Assembly (NCBI GenBank): GCA_965228855.1
Contig: CBDDIJ010000003.1
Location: 608,001 to 672,000, forward strand
Length of the DNA: 64,000 nt
Origin: Candidatus Obscuribacterales bacterium
GTDB taxonomy: Bacteria > Cyanobacteriota > Vampirovibrionia > Obscuribacterales > Obscuribacteraceae
Direction of reading: 5' to 3'
The translations under genes and the position numbers were made by a program. Of the stretch, positions 50,109 to 59,583 are shown piece after piece. A model generated the notes under the pieces. That model had not been told where the DNA came from. It did not search any database and worked only from the letters and a program-made list of their open reading frames with translations. Positions within the stretch are counted from its first letter, which is position 1; each line of letters opens with the position of its first letter.

Positions 50109-50507
50109 TTGAAGGTTTTATTCATCTGTGTAGAGAATAGTTGCCGGAGCCAAATGGCCGAAGGCTTCGGACGACTGCTGGGACTTGAGGCTGATAGCGC
50201 CGGTGTAAAAGCCGGCGCCGGCGTCAACCCCGAGGCTGTAAAGGTCATGGGCGAAATTGGCGTCGACATATCGAAGCAGTACTCGAAGGCAATCGACAAC
50301 GAAAAGCTCGGCAACTACGATGCAATTATTTCAATGTGCTCCGTAAAAACTGCCGACTTCTGTCCCTCAACTTTTATTGGCACGCAAGACAATTGGAACA
50401 TTGAAGATCCTAAAGGGCAGCTGCCAGAGGTATTCCGGCGGGTGCGTGACGAGATAAAGTCAAAGGTCGAAGAACTAGCTAAAGAAAAAACAACCCGACG
50501 TAATTGA
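50109..50507 (+). CDS. arsC: Arsenate reductase, LMW-PTP (thioredoxin-type) family
   Basis: CVENSCRSQMAEG P-loop, distal MC......CP cysteines, W.IEDP; GAGGGG RBS before TTG 50109. Confidence 0.85.
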   Translation: MKVLFICVENSCRSQMAEGFGRLLGLEADSAGVKAGAGVNPEAVKVMGEIGVDISKQYSKAIDNEKLGNYDAIISMCSVKTADFCPSTFIGTQDNWNIEDPKGQLPEVFRRVRDEIKSKVEELAKEKTTRRN

Positions 50508-50643
50508 AGAAAGGAATTCGTAAGCAATCCAGTTCTTTCTAAATTGCGCAGAGATGCTCTGTGGTTGGCAGATTTTGAAAGCTCACTCGCCGCCTTCTTG
50601 AACAGGTCATTTTAGAGAAAATAGAACGCTGGAGGCGTCGTAA

Positions 50644-51726
50644 ATGTCCGGACAAGCAGAAGCTAAAGAAGAAAACAAAAATTCTGAGGCGGCTATCGGC
50701 TTCTTTGAACGCTGGCTGACCCTCTGGGTTTTTCTCTGCATCGCTGCAGGTATTATTCTTGGCCAACTTCTGCCTGAGCCAGTCAAGTTCATTGGGTCTC
50801 TTGAAGTTGCCAGAGTGAACATTCCGGTAGGTTTGCTGATCTGGCTGATGATCATACCAATGCTTTTGAAAATCGACTTCGGTGCTCTAGGACAAGTGAA
50901 GGAACATTGGAAAGGCATAGCTGTAACGCTGTTCATAAACTGGGCAGTTAAGCCATTTTCCATGGCTCTTCTTGCATATGTATTTATTCGTGTTCTTTTC
51001 GCGCCGCTTTTACCTGCGGATCAGCTCGATAGCTATGTCGCCGGTTTGATTCTTCTTGCTGCTGCACCATGCACCGCGATGGTCTTCGTCTGGAGCCAAC
51101 TCACAAAGGGCGATCCGTACTTCACTCTTTCGCAAGTTGCCGTAAACGACGTCATCATGATCTTTGCGTTCGCGCCAATTGTCGGGCTTCTGTTGGGACT
51201 TTCTTCAATAACTGTGCCGTGGGACACGCTGCTCATGTCTGTTGGACTGTACATCGTGATCCCGGTCTTTATTGCACAAGCATGGCGAGGTGTATTGTTG
51301 AAATCAGGGCAGAGCGCGTTTGATAAAACTCTCGCGTTCCTTCAGCCAGTCTCGCTCTCTGCATTGCTTATTACGTTGGTTCTATTATTTGCATTTCAGG
51401 GAGAAGCAATACTAAAACAACCGCTCGTCATCGCGATGCTTGCCGTGCCTATTCTGATTCAGGTTTTCTTCAACTCCTCAGTCGCTTACTTATTGAACAG
51501 GAGGCTTGGCGTCGCGCACTCCGTTGCGTGCCCATCAGCCTTAATCGGAGCAAGCAATTTTTTCGAGCTTGCCGTAGCTACAGCAATCAGCCTCTTTGGC
51601 TTTCATTCCGGCGCTGCTCTAGCCACCGTAGTTGGTGTCTTGATTGAAGTTCCGGTTATGCTCGCCGTTGTTCGCATCGTCAACAGTAGTAGAAACTGGT
51701 ATGAACAAGGACTTGCACACAAGTAG
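50644..51726 (+). CDS. acr3: ACR3 family arsenite efflux transporter
   Basis: FERWLTLWV, AAPCTAMVFVWS, GASNFFELAVA, GVLIEVPVM. Confidence 0.95.
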   Translation: MSGQAEAKEENKNSEAAIGFFERWLTLWVFLCIAAGIILGQLLPEPVKFIGSLEVARVNIPVGLLIWLMIIPMLLKIDFGALGQVKEHWKGIAVTLFINWAVKPFSMALLAYVFIRVLFAPLLPADQLDSYVAGLILLAAAPCTAMVFVWSQLTKGDPYFTLSQVAVNDVIMIFAFAPIVGLLLGLSSITVPWDTLLMSVGLYIVIPVFIAQAWRGVLLKSGQSAFDKTLAFLQPVSLSALLITLVLLFAFQGEAILKQPLVIAMLAVPILIQVFFNSSVAYLLNRRLGVAHSVACPSALIGASNFFELAVATAISLFGFHSGAALATVVGVLIEVPVMLAVVRIVNSSRNWYEQGLAHK

Positions 51727-51761
51727 AAGGATGATACAGCCTTTGTTTCTGGCAAGCCCAT

Positions 51762-53390
51762 TTAAGCCATCTCTACATTATTGAGAGTGAACGAAAACGT
51801 GCTTCCCTTGCCGACTTCGCTATCGCACCAGAGTTTGCCTCCATGTGATTCGATGATCTTGCTACAGAGATAAAGCCCCAGACCCGTACTCGCGTAGTAT
51901 CGACCTCCGGATGATGCCTGCCAGAATCTCTGAAATAATTTAGGTTTGTCCGCATCTGAGATGCCCTTGCCTGTGTCCGTTACGGAAACTGTTGTCATTT
52001 GTTCGTCCTGAGCTAAATCTATACTGATTGAGCCTTTCGATTGCGTGTATTTGAGCGAGTTGTCGATAAGGTTTTGCATTACTCTGCGGATTTCGTCTAT
52101 GTCACAGATAACCGGAATGTTGCTTTCCGAAGATGTGAACGTCAGGTTAATCTGTTTCTGTTTCGCCAGAGGGGATAGCTCGGCCACTAACGTTTCGATA
52201 GAAGCAGGGAGGTCTGTCGGTAGCATGGTCAGCTGTTTCACACCGCTGTCGTATTTATAAACATCAAGCAAGGTGAGCACCATCTGGTACATAGCGTTGT
52301 TGCTCTGAAGAATAGTTTCAATAATGCTTCTCTGAGAATCTTGAATTGGACCGAAGTCACCTTCCATCAGAAGCTTCAGAGCCCGGTTCGCGGCCAGGAT
52401 CGGCGTTTTCAGATCATGCGTGAGGGTCGCAACGAAGTCTTCGCGTTGCTGTTGTAAGCGAACACTATCAGTTACCATCGTAAAGGTTGCCACCAGCGCC
52501 GATACCACATCATTCCTCTCCTTGATGGGCCAGATTGCCCAGTCGAAAAACGATTCATGATCGGAATTGAAAAATGTCAATTTAGCGGCTGATGCTCGTT
52601 TTGCCACTCCAAAATTGAGGGCTTCTTCCAGGTCCGAACGCGGCAGGTCTTCGCACAATTCAAATATGGATCGCCCAATAATCTGCTCGTCAGAGTCAAT
52701 AAAATTGAGAAACTCTGAATTTGCCTCTAAGCACTTGAAGTCTGGCGAAAGTCTGACAATGCCGATGGGTGCGTTTTCCACGATGCTCTTGCTGACGGTT
52801 CGTTCAGTCTCCAACCTCGAGATCATGTCCTTGTGTTCTCGGATCGCCTGAATTTTGGCGGTGTTATAGGTATCGATCGCTAAGCCCATATCAAAGAATA
52901 TAAGTTTGGTAAGCGAGTCGACTAGCCGATTTGAGAGTTCAGGATCATCTTTGAATTCCTCCACAATGAGTGTGCGCAGGTACTTGAGTGCTCGGTAGTA
53001 CGCCCCTAAGTACCAGCGTGTGTCCAGACCAATTCGATAGTGTGTCTTCCCTACAATCAGGCGGTTGTCAACGTACTCACGATCGTACTTGCCGCACGTC
53101 AGTTTCAGAAAATATTGGCGCTGTCCTGCCTTGGCTCGGTTTAAGATTTCTTCATTCGGAAAGAAACTAGCGGTGTCCTCGTGAGCCAGAAAGTGGTCGT
53201 AAAGGAAGTCCATGAGCCCGTCTACATTGCGAGCGACAAGCTGATCGAGAAGAGCTATGTTGGCCTCATCATCAGGCCCCAGTCCTAGCCACACTTTTCG
53301 GTTTTCGATCTCCTCATCAGACATCTCCAGGTGAATGTCAGGAATGGCTGGGTAATTATAGTCAGAGAATCTCGTAGTCGGCTCTGCCAT
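51762..53390 (-). CDS. Globin-coupled sensor histidine kinase (protoglobin-PAS-HisKA-HATPase)
   Basis: HemAT-like globin (FLYDH, Q..YF..L..G.YD..Y...R..VG.THYRIGL...WY.GAY), PAS, THDLKTP H-box, NLIDNSLKY, DTGKGI, TGLGL. Confidence 0.88.
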   Translation of the reverse strand: MAEPTTRFSDYNYPAIPDIHLEMSDEEIENRKVWLGLGPDDEANIALLDQLVARNVDGLMDFLYDHFLAHEDTASFFPNEEILNRAKAGQRQYFLKLTCGKYDREYVDNRLIVGKTHYRIGLDTRWYLGAYYRALKYLRTLIVEEFKDDPELSNRLVDSLTKLIFFDMGLAIDTYNTAKIQAIREHKDMISRLETERTVSKSIVENAPIGIVRLSPDFKCLEANSEFLNFIDSDEQIIGRSIFELCEDLPRSDLEEALNFGVAKRASAAKLTFFNSDHESFFDWAIWPIKERNDVVSALVATFTMVTDSVRLQQQREDFVATLTHDLKTPILAANRALKLLMEGDFGPIQDSQRSIIETILQSNNAMYQMVLTLLDVYKYDSGVKQLTMLPTDLPASIETLVAELSPLAKQKQINLTFTSSESNIPVICDIDEIRRVMQNLIDNSLKYTQSKGSISIDLAQDEQMTTVSVTDTGKGISDADKPKLFQRFWQASSGGRYYASTGLGLYLCSKIIESHGGKLWCDSEVGKGSTFSFTLNNVEMA

Positions 53391-53525
53391 GGCGTTTTGC
53401 CCCTTTCCTAAGAAGATGTCGTGCTCAACTCAGCGGGTCGTGATGTTGACATGAGGTGACCCTGACTATTTATTATCGCAATTCGGAAATATAATGGGGT
53501 CAGATGGCTGCACTTCTACTACATA

Positions 53526-54293
53526 ATGCAAGGCGAAGTTTTCATGGGCGAATCTCCTGGAAGTAATCAAATCAATGTTCTCCTGGTCGAAGACCATCAG
53601 CTCACCCGAATTGGACTGAAAACTGTGCTCGAGCGAACAGATGATATCAAGGTGATCGGCGAAGCCGAGAACGGCGAGGAAGCAATTCGGAAAGTCGGTG
53701 AGTTGAAACCTGATGTTGTCCTAATGGACGTGGGAATGCCGATAATGGACGGAATTGAGGCTGTCAATAACATTCAGCAACAGTATCAGAATGTAAACAC
53801 GATTATGCTGACATCTCATGATAACGAGCAGGATATCTTGGCTTCATTGTCGGCCGGTGCCAGTGGATACTGCCTGAAAGATGTTGATCCGCATCGTTTA
53901 TATAGTGCCATCAGGGCAGTGAACGGGGGAGATATCTGGCTGGACTCGTCTATAGCAAGCCGGGTAATGAAAATCCAGCAAGCTCGAATGATGAAAGCCG
54001 AAACAGGTCACAGTGAGCATGCCAGAGGTGAGACTGCCGTTCAGCATGCTACCGCTGGTGGTGCGGGTGTCAAAAATCAGCCACAGCTGCCACCCCTTCC
54101 GGACGCGCTTTCTCCCAGAGAGATGGAAGTACTCTCTCTACTCGTGGAGGGATTGTCGAACCAGGAAATCGCGGACAAGCTGATCATCTCGTTGGCAACC
54201 GCGAAAACGCACGTTCGAAACATATTGAATAAGCTTGCTGTCGATGATAGAACGCAAGCAGCTGTGCAAGCGATGCGCCGCGGTCTGGTTTAG
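53526..54293 (+). CDS. NarL/LuxR-family response regulator (alternative start 53544)
   Basis: LVEDH, PDVVLMDVGMP, GYCLK; LSPREMEVL..L..GLSNQEIA..L.IS..TAKTHV.NIL.KL. Confidence 0.93.
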   Translation: MQGEVFMGESPGSNQINVLLVEDHQLTRIGLKTVLERTDDIKVIGEAENGEEAIRKVGELKPDVVLMDVGMPIMDGIEAVNNIQQQYQNVNTIMLTSHDNEQDILASLSAGASGYCLKDVDPHRLYSAIRAVNGGDIWLDSSIASRVMKIQQARMMKAETGHSEHARGETAVQHATAGGAGVKNQPQLPPLPDALSPREMEVLSLLVEGLSNQEIADKLIISLATAKTHVRNILNKLAVDDRTQAAVQAMRRGLV

Positions 54294-54325
54294 TACCGAC
54301 CGTTTCAATCCGAATTCTAGAACCG

Positions 54326-56743
54326 TTACTTAGATGGAACCGGAATTCGGCTGTCTTGTGCTTCTTCTCTGGCGATTAACAGGATCGTTTTGATAACGGT
54401 ATCCTCATTTAGTGAAATGCTGTCTATCTTTTGTTTCACTAAAAATCTGGTGAACTCCGGATAGTCGCTGGGCGCCTGTCCGCAAATACCGATTTTGCGC
54501 CCGCGCTTTTGTGCACCAGCGATTGCCATTTCAATCGCTCTGGTCACAGCAGGATTTCGTTCATCAAAAAGTTCGGCCAGACCTTCGTTGTCTCGATCGA
54601 CTCCCAGAATCAATTGAGTCAGATCGTTTGAACCGATTGAAAAGCCGTCAAATATTTCCGCAAATTCGTCGATTGCCAGGACATTTGATGGCAATTCGCA
54701 CATCACGTAGATTTCTAAACCATTAGCGCCTTGTTCCAAACCGTTTTTTGAAAGTTCGCGAATGACCTTTTTGCCCTCGGCAACTGTGCGGCAGAATGGA
54801 ACCATGAGTTTCACATTGGTCAGACCCATTTGCTCGCGCACCTGTTTCAGAGCTTTGCATTCCAGGGCGAACCCGTCTTTATAGTCGGGACTGTAATAAC
54901 GCGATGCGCCCCTGAAGCCAATCATCGGGTTGTCTTCGCTAGTTTCAAACTGTCGACCGCCGAGTAGATTGGCGTACTCGTTCGTCTTAAAATCAGAGAG
55001 TCGCACTATCACCGGTCTCGGATAAAATGCTGCGGCAATTGTCGAAATTCCTTCGGCGAGCTTCTGAACGAAATAGTCTGTTTTTGAAGAATAATGTTTT
55101 GTCAGCTCGACTATTTGTTCGCGAGCGTGTTCGTCGGTGAGTTTGTCGAAGCGCGTAAGCGCCAGTGGATGAACTTTAACTTCATTCGCGATTATGAATT
55201 CTTCCCGAGCTAAGCCGACTCCAGCCACCGGTAGTTTCGCCAGATTGAATGCTTGGTCTGGATTGCCCACGTTAACCATAACTTGGGTCGCGGTCGACGG
55301 GATATTTTCTAAATCCAAAATTTGTTTTTGAAAAGAAAGCTTGCCATCGTATACGATACCGGTATCGCCTTCTGCGCAGCTGACGGTGATCGCTTGACCC
55401 TGTTCTAAAACATCGGTGGCACGCTGGGTTCCTACGACGCAAGGCACACCGATTTCACGGCTGACGATGGCCGCGTGGCAAGTTCTTCCGCCTCGATTGG
55501 TGACAATCGCCGCTGCCCGTTTCATAATCGGTTCCCAATCCGGGTCAGTCATGTCGGCGACTAAGACATCTCCGTCCTTGAAGTCGACGAGCTCATGCAT
55601 TGAGTGGATCACGCGAACGCAGCCAGCGCCGATCTTCTCTCCAATTGATCTACCGGATAGAATGGCTTTGCCTTTATTTTCCAGTCTGTAAGACTCAATT
55701 GTTCGTCTGTTTGAACTGGAGTATACGGTTTCAGGACGGGCTTGAACTATATAAAGTTTGCCATCGTCACCGTCTTTCGCCCACTCGATATCCATCGCTG
55801 TCGAACGACCGAGTCTTTTTGAATAATACTTTTCGATCTGAACCGCCCATTCTGACAGTTTCAGAACATCTTCGTCGCTGATACTAAACCGCTCCTGACG
55901 CTCGGGAGCGACATCTATGTTTTTCGTGGTGCGAGATCCGTGTCCGGAGTAAATCATTTGCAGTCTTTTGGTACCGACTTTTCGACGCAAAATTGGTTTA
56001 AAACCCTGTTCGAGTGTGGGTTTAAAAACTATGAATTCATCCGGATCGACGCGGCCGGCGACAACATTTTCACCAAGTCCGTAAGCCGACGTAATGAGAA
56101 CGACGTCGCGAAAACCACTTTCCGTATCGAGTGTGAATATGACGCCTGCTGCGCCACGGTCTGACCTGACCATCTTCTGCACCGCGATTGCCAGCTTGAC
56201 GGACATGTGGTCGAAACCTTTGTCTAATCTGTATGAGATCGCTCTCTCTGTGAATAAGGATGCGAAGCAGTTTAAACATGCATTTAGCAGTTCAGCTTCG
56301 CCGCGTATGTTGAGAAAACTCTCTTGCTGACCGGCAAAGGAGGCATCCGGCAAGTCTTCTGCGGTCGCGCTCGAACGCACCGCGACGTCCGTAGCTTCGC
56401 CATACTCTTTCGAAAGTTGTTGATACGCTGCCACTATATCTTTGGCGAGCGCATCAGGAATTCCCGCTCCCTTAATCAGCGATCTCGCTTCTAAGGCCTT
56501 CTTATTGAGATCGTCAAGATCGTTTTTGTTCACCGAACCGAGCAACTGTACGAGCTTCTGGCGGATACCGCCCTCGTCCAGCAGCAGCGAATACGCATCG
56601 GCGGTTATGCAGAAGCCATTTGGCACGGAAATTCCCGATGATGCCATTCCGCGAGTCATCTCGCCAAGGGAGGCGCTTTTCCCGCCCACGAGCGGAATGT
56701 CGTCTATTGACACCTGATTGAACCAGCGAATAAAATTCGACAT
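54326..56743 (-). CDS. ppsA: Phosphoenolpyruvate synthase (pyruvate,water dikinase)
   Basis: VGGK.ASLGEM, VRSSATAEDLP.ASFAGQQ, GGRTCHAAI phospho-His, FSIGSNDLTQ, GICGQAPSD. Confidence 0.95.
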   Translation of the reverse strand: MSNFIRWFNQVSIDDIPLVGGKSASLGEMTRGMASSGISVPNGFCITADAYSLLLDEGGIRQKLVQLLGSVNKNDLDDLNKKALEARSLIKGAGIPDALAKDIVAAYQQLSKEYGEATDVAVRSSATAEDLPDASFAGQQESFLNIRGEAELLNACLNCFASLFTERAISYRLDKGFDHMSVKLAIAVQKMVRSDRGAAGVIFTLDTESGFRDVVLITSAYGLGENVVAGRVDPDEFIVFKPTLEQGFKPILRRKVGTKRLQMIYSGHGSRTTKNIDVAPERQERFSISDEDVLKLSEWAVQIEKYYSKRLGRSTAMDIEWAKDGDDGKLYIVQARPETVYSSSNRRTIESYRLENKGKAILSGRSIGEKIGAGCVRVIHSMHELVDFKDGDVLVADMTDPDWEPIMKRAAAIVTNRGGRTCHAAIVSREIGVPCVVGTQRATDVLEQGQAITVSCAEGDTGIVYDGKLSFQKQILDLENIPSTATQVMVNVGNPDQAFNLAKLPVAGVGLAREEFIIANEVKVHPLALTRFDKLTDEHAREQIVELTKHYSSKTDYFVQKLAEGISTIAAAFYPRPVIVRLSDFKTNEYANLLGGRQFETSEDNPMIGFRGASRYYSPDYKDGFALECKALKQVREQMGLTNVKLMVPFCRTVAEGKKVIRELSKNGLEQGANGLEIYVMCELPSNVLAIDEFAEIFDGFSIGSNDLTQLILGVDRDNEGLAELFDERNPAVTRAIEMAIAGAQKRGRKIGICGQAPSDYPEFTRFLVKQKIDSISLNEDTVIKTILLIAREEAQDSRIPVPSK

Positions 56744-56773
56744 TTTTTCTCTCCCTTTGTTATCTTCTTCGTA

Positions 56774-58426
56774 CTATTTCGCGAGAATAGCCGCCAGATC
56801 CTTTGATGGTTCAGTCACGAGCTTCAGTTGATAGCCTTCCGACAGAGTCTTCAAGATAGTTGGTGTGACGAACGCTGGTGCATTCGGGCCGATGCGAATA
56901 TCTTTTATTCCTAAGTGAAGCAGTGAGAGTAGTACCGCCACGGCTTTCTGCTCAAACCAGGAAATGATGAGCGACAGCGGAAGGTCGTTTACCGAACAAC
57001 CAAATGCGTTTGCAAGGGCGGAAGCGATAACGACTGCAGAGTGTGCATCGTTACACTGACCCAGATCAAGCAAGCGAGGAATTCCACCGATGTCGCCAAA
57101 TTCGATATCGTTGAAGCGGTATTTGCCGCAGCCGAGGGTCAAAATGACGCAGTCTTCGGGTACTTGCTCTGCAACTTCGGTAAAATAATTTCGTGCGAAT
57201 TCGGCTCCATCACAGCCGCCAATTAAGAAGAAGTGTTTGATTTTTCCTTGCTTCACCGCTTCAATAACTTTATCGGCGACGCTCAACACTGCATGGTGTC
57301 CGAATCCGACCGTGATACTTTTCTCCGGCTGATCGTCAGGGAAGCCCGGCAATTCAAGCGCTTGTTCGATCAATCTAGAAAAGTCATACGCTGCGACTTT
57401 CGGTATGCCTTCCCACCCAACAACATCTATGGTGTACAGCCTGTTTTTGTAAGACTCGGCAGGTGGTTTCAAACAATTAGTCGTCATGACTATAGGACCC
57501 GGGAATAGCTCGAATTCTCTCACCTGATTTTGCCAGGCTGTTCCGTAATTTCCTCGCAGATGCGGGAACCGTTTGAGAACCGGGTATCCATGCGCCGGCA
57601 GCATTTCTCCGTGAGTGTAAACGTCAATGCCTTTATCTTCTGTTTGACGCAATAGCTCAAGCAGGCTTCTCATATCGTGTCCTGATACGAGGATGCATTT
57701 ACCCTTCTTATGGGTTGTGAGAACCTGCGTCGGTACTGGAGAGCCGAGTGTCTCCGTATGAGCCTGGTCCAGCAATTCCATGACCCGCAAATTCATTGCA
57801 CCTGTTTTCAAACAAAGATCCAACAAGCGCGATTCATCAGGTTCTTGCTCGGCCAGGCAGGCGAGAGACTCGTGCACAAAAGCGAAGACTTGTTCGTCAA
57901 CATAGCCGAGCATTGCGGCGTGATGCGCATAAGCCGCCATACCCTTGATTCCGTAAACTGCCATTTCACGTAGACCAGTGAGGTCCGGTCCCTGATCCCT
58001 GATGCTGCCGAGGATTGAAATTGTATTGGCGAAATCAAGCAACTCCTGCTTTGTCTTGGGCACAACCCAGACAGCTGGACCTGAAAATTCGCGAGGATTT
58101 ACACCTCTTGCCTTGCAAGCACACAGATACATTTCATGTGCGCGGTCGCGTAACTGACCAAGGTATTCGATATATTTGACGTGCTCATCCTCGTCGAAGT
58201 TGACGTTGGTGAGCGTCATGAATAGGGCTGCCAGTGTGGTCTCGTTAATACGTTCATCAGTGGTTCCCAGGAGCCTGGCTTCATGAGCGTATACGGAAAT
58301 TCCTTTGACAAGATAGATGATGACGTCTTGCAGATTCGCCGTTTCCGTTGTTTTTCCACAAACACCGAGGCTGGTGCACGCTACACACTGTGCCGTTTGC
58401 TCACACTGGTAACAGAACATACTCAT
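56774..58426 (-). CDS. hcp: Hybrid cluster protein (hydroxylamine/NO reductase)
   Basis: MFCYQCEQT...CT..GVCGK, SGHD, YTHGEMLPAH, TTNC, GGCDG, GCGKYRF, GQCND, WFEQKA. Confidence 0.95.
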   Translation of the reverse strand: MSMFCYQCEQTAQCVACTSLGVCGKTTETANLQDVIIYLVKGISVYAHEARLLGTTDERINETTLAALFMTLTNVNFDEDEHVKYIEYLGQLRDRAHEMYLCACKARGVNPREFSGPAVWVVPKTKQELLDFANTISILGSIRDQGPDLTGLREMAVYGIKGMAAYAHHAAMLGYVDEQVFAFVHESLACLAEQEPDESRLLDLCLKTGAMNLRVMELLDQAHTETLGSPVPTQVLTTHKKGKCILVSGHDMRSLLELLRQTEDKGIDVYTHGEMLPAHGYPVLKRFPHLRGNYGTAWQNQVREFELFPGPIVMTTNCLKPPAESYKNRLYTIDVVGWEGIPKVAAYDFSRLIEQALELPGFPDDQPEKSITVGFGHHAVLSVADKVIEAVKQGKIKHFFLIGGCDGAEFARNYFTEVAEQVPEDCVILTLGCGKYRFNDIEFGDIGGIPRLLDLGQCNDAHSAVVIASALANAFGCSVNDLPLSLIISWFEQKAVAVLLSLLHLGIKDIRIGPNAPAFVTPTILKTLSEGYQLKLVTEPSKDLAAILAK

Positions 58427-58483
58427 TTATAAAACCTCGCAATAGCTCATTTTGTAATCGTCGCAAATCAGCCGCTCCTACGG

Positions 58484-58503
58484 AATTAGTCGAAAGGATG
58501 ATT
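58484..58503. promoter_or_regulatory. Island palindrome, perfect right half-site
   Basis: AATTAGTC-GAAA-GGATGATT, 57 nt upstream of hcp. Confidence 0.55.
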
Positions 58504-58519
58504 CTTTGCCTGATGAGAC

Positions 58520-59440
58520 TCAGGCGATCAGATACAGACCGCTTTTTCTGAGTCTTTTGGATTTTGTCACTTCGGTCGTGCAATGCGTATGCATTGCAAC
58601 TCCTTCAGAGACGCTACCAAGCACGAGTTTCTCGAAGCTTTGTTTGCCATGTGAACCGAGCATGATCAGGTCTGCCGGCCACTCTGCTGCATATTCGAGA
58701 ATCCGCTCTTTCGGATCACCTAATAAAACCTGACCGTTCGCGACCTTTTGCTCGTACTTCGTGTTGATTATGTCTGCCACTGAGTTTATCCATTCTTGAT
58801 GTTTGCGAACGACTTCATTGAAGCTGTCCACGATGTTCTCAACGGCTAGGGTGTCGTCATCCAAAAACAGACCGGGCCCCAGGTTTGGTACAACGTGAAT
58901 ACAAGTGAATCTGGTGTTTTCAGCCCATGGAAAAGAGAGCACATGGTCCAATAAATGTTTCGAGTGTTCGGACTCTTCGAGTGCTATAAGAACGTTGTTA
59001 CGCGTCGTGTCAGAAGTCGGTTGCGGTGTAGCGCGTACGATTCGCACCGCACATGGTGCATGAAGAAGTAGGCCACGAGATACGCTGCCTAAGAAGAACC
59101 GTTTAACGCCGCTGCGTCCGTGTGATCCTACTACGAGTAAATCTGCAAGCCAATTTCTGCATAGTTTAAGAATTGCGTCTACGGCGAAGCCGTCGAGTAT
59201 ATCCGCGCTGATGTCAGCATCAGGATGTGCAGCAGCCAGTTCCGTCACCGCTTCCTGGACCAGCTCGTTCGCCTTTCGATATTCTCGCAGTTGTACGTCA
59301 GGTAAGGCTGTGAAGGGGTGCCACAGGTCTACTGCAGTCGCTACTTTAATTTCCGTGCCCACCGGACAGACCATTGACTTTAGCCCTCTAAGGGCTTCGC
59401 GCGAACAGGCAGAGCCATCGGTCGCAAATACAATTCTCAT
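58520..59440 (-). CDS. Universal stress protein, tandem two-domain
   Basis: Two ADL.V.GSHG...LGSVS units. Confidence 0.92.
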   Translation of the reverse strand: MRIVFATDGSACSREALRGLKSMVCPVGTEIKVATAVDLWHPFTALPDVQLREYRKANELVQEAVTELAAAHPDADISADILDGFAVDAILKLCRNWLADLLVVGSHGRSGVKRFFLGSVSRGLLLHAPCAVRIVRATPQPTSDTTRNNVLIALEESEHSKHLLDHVLSFPWAENTRFTCIHVVPNLGPGLFLDDDTLAVENIVDSFNEVVRKHQEWINSVADIINTKYEQKVANGQVLLGDPKERILEYAAEWPADLIMLGSHGKQSFEKLVLGSVSEGVAMHTHCTTEVTKSKRLRKSGLYLIA

Positions 59441-59549
59441 ACAAGACCCCTTTCACAATCCAGTGCATTCAGCTCGTGCGTCGTCGCGTTATTTCTTCCT
59501 GGGCGATCGTACATCTGGATATAGCATCGCAAAAGTACGAAGATGAGCG

Positions 59550-59569
59550 CATCATCCCAGCGACGTATT
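59550..59569. promoter_or_regulatory. Island palindrome, degenerate site
   Basis: CATCATCC-CAGC-GACGTATT upstream of the tandem USP. Confidence 0.4.
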
Positions 59570-59583
59570 CGTGAGCTCAGGCG

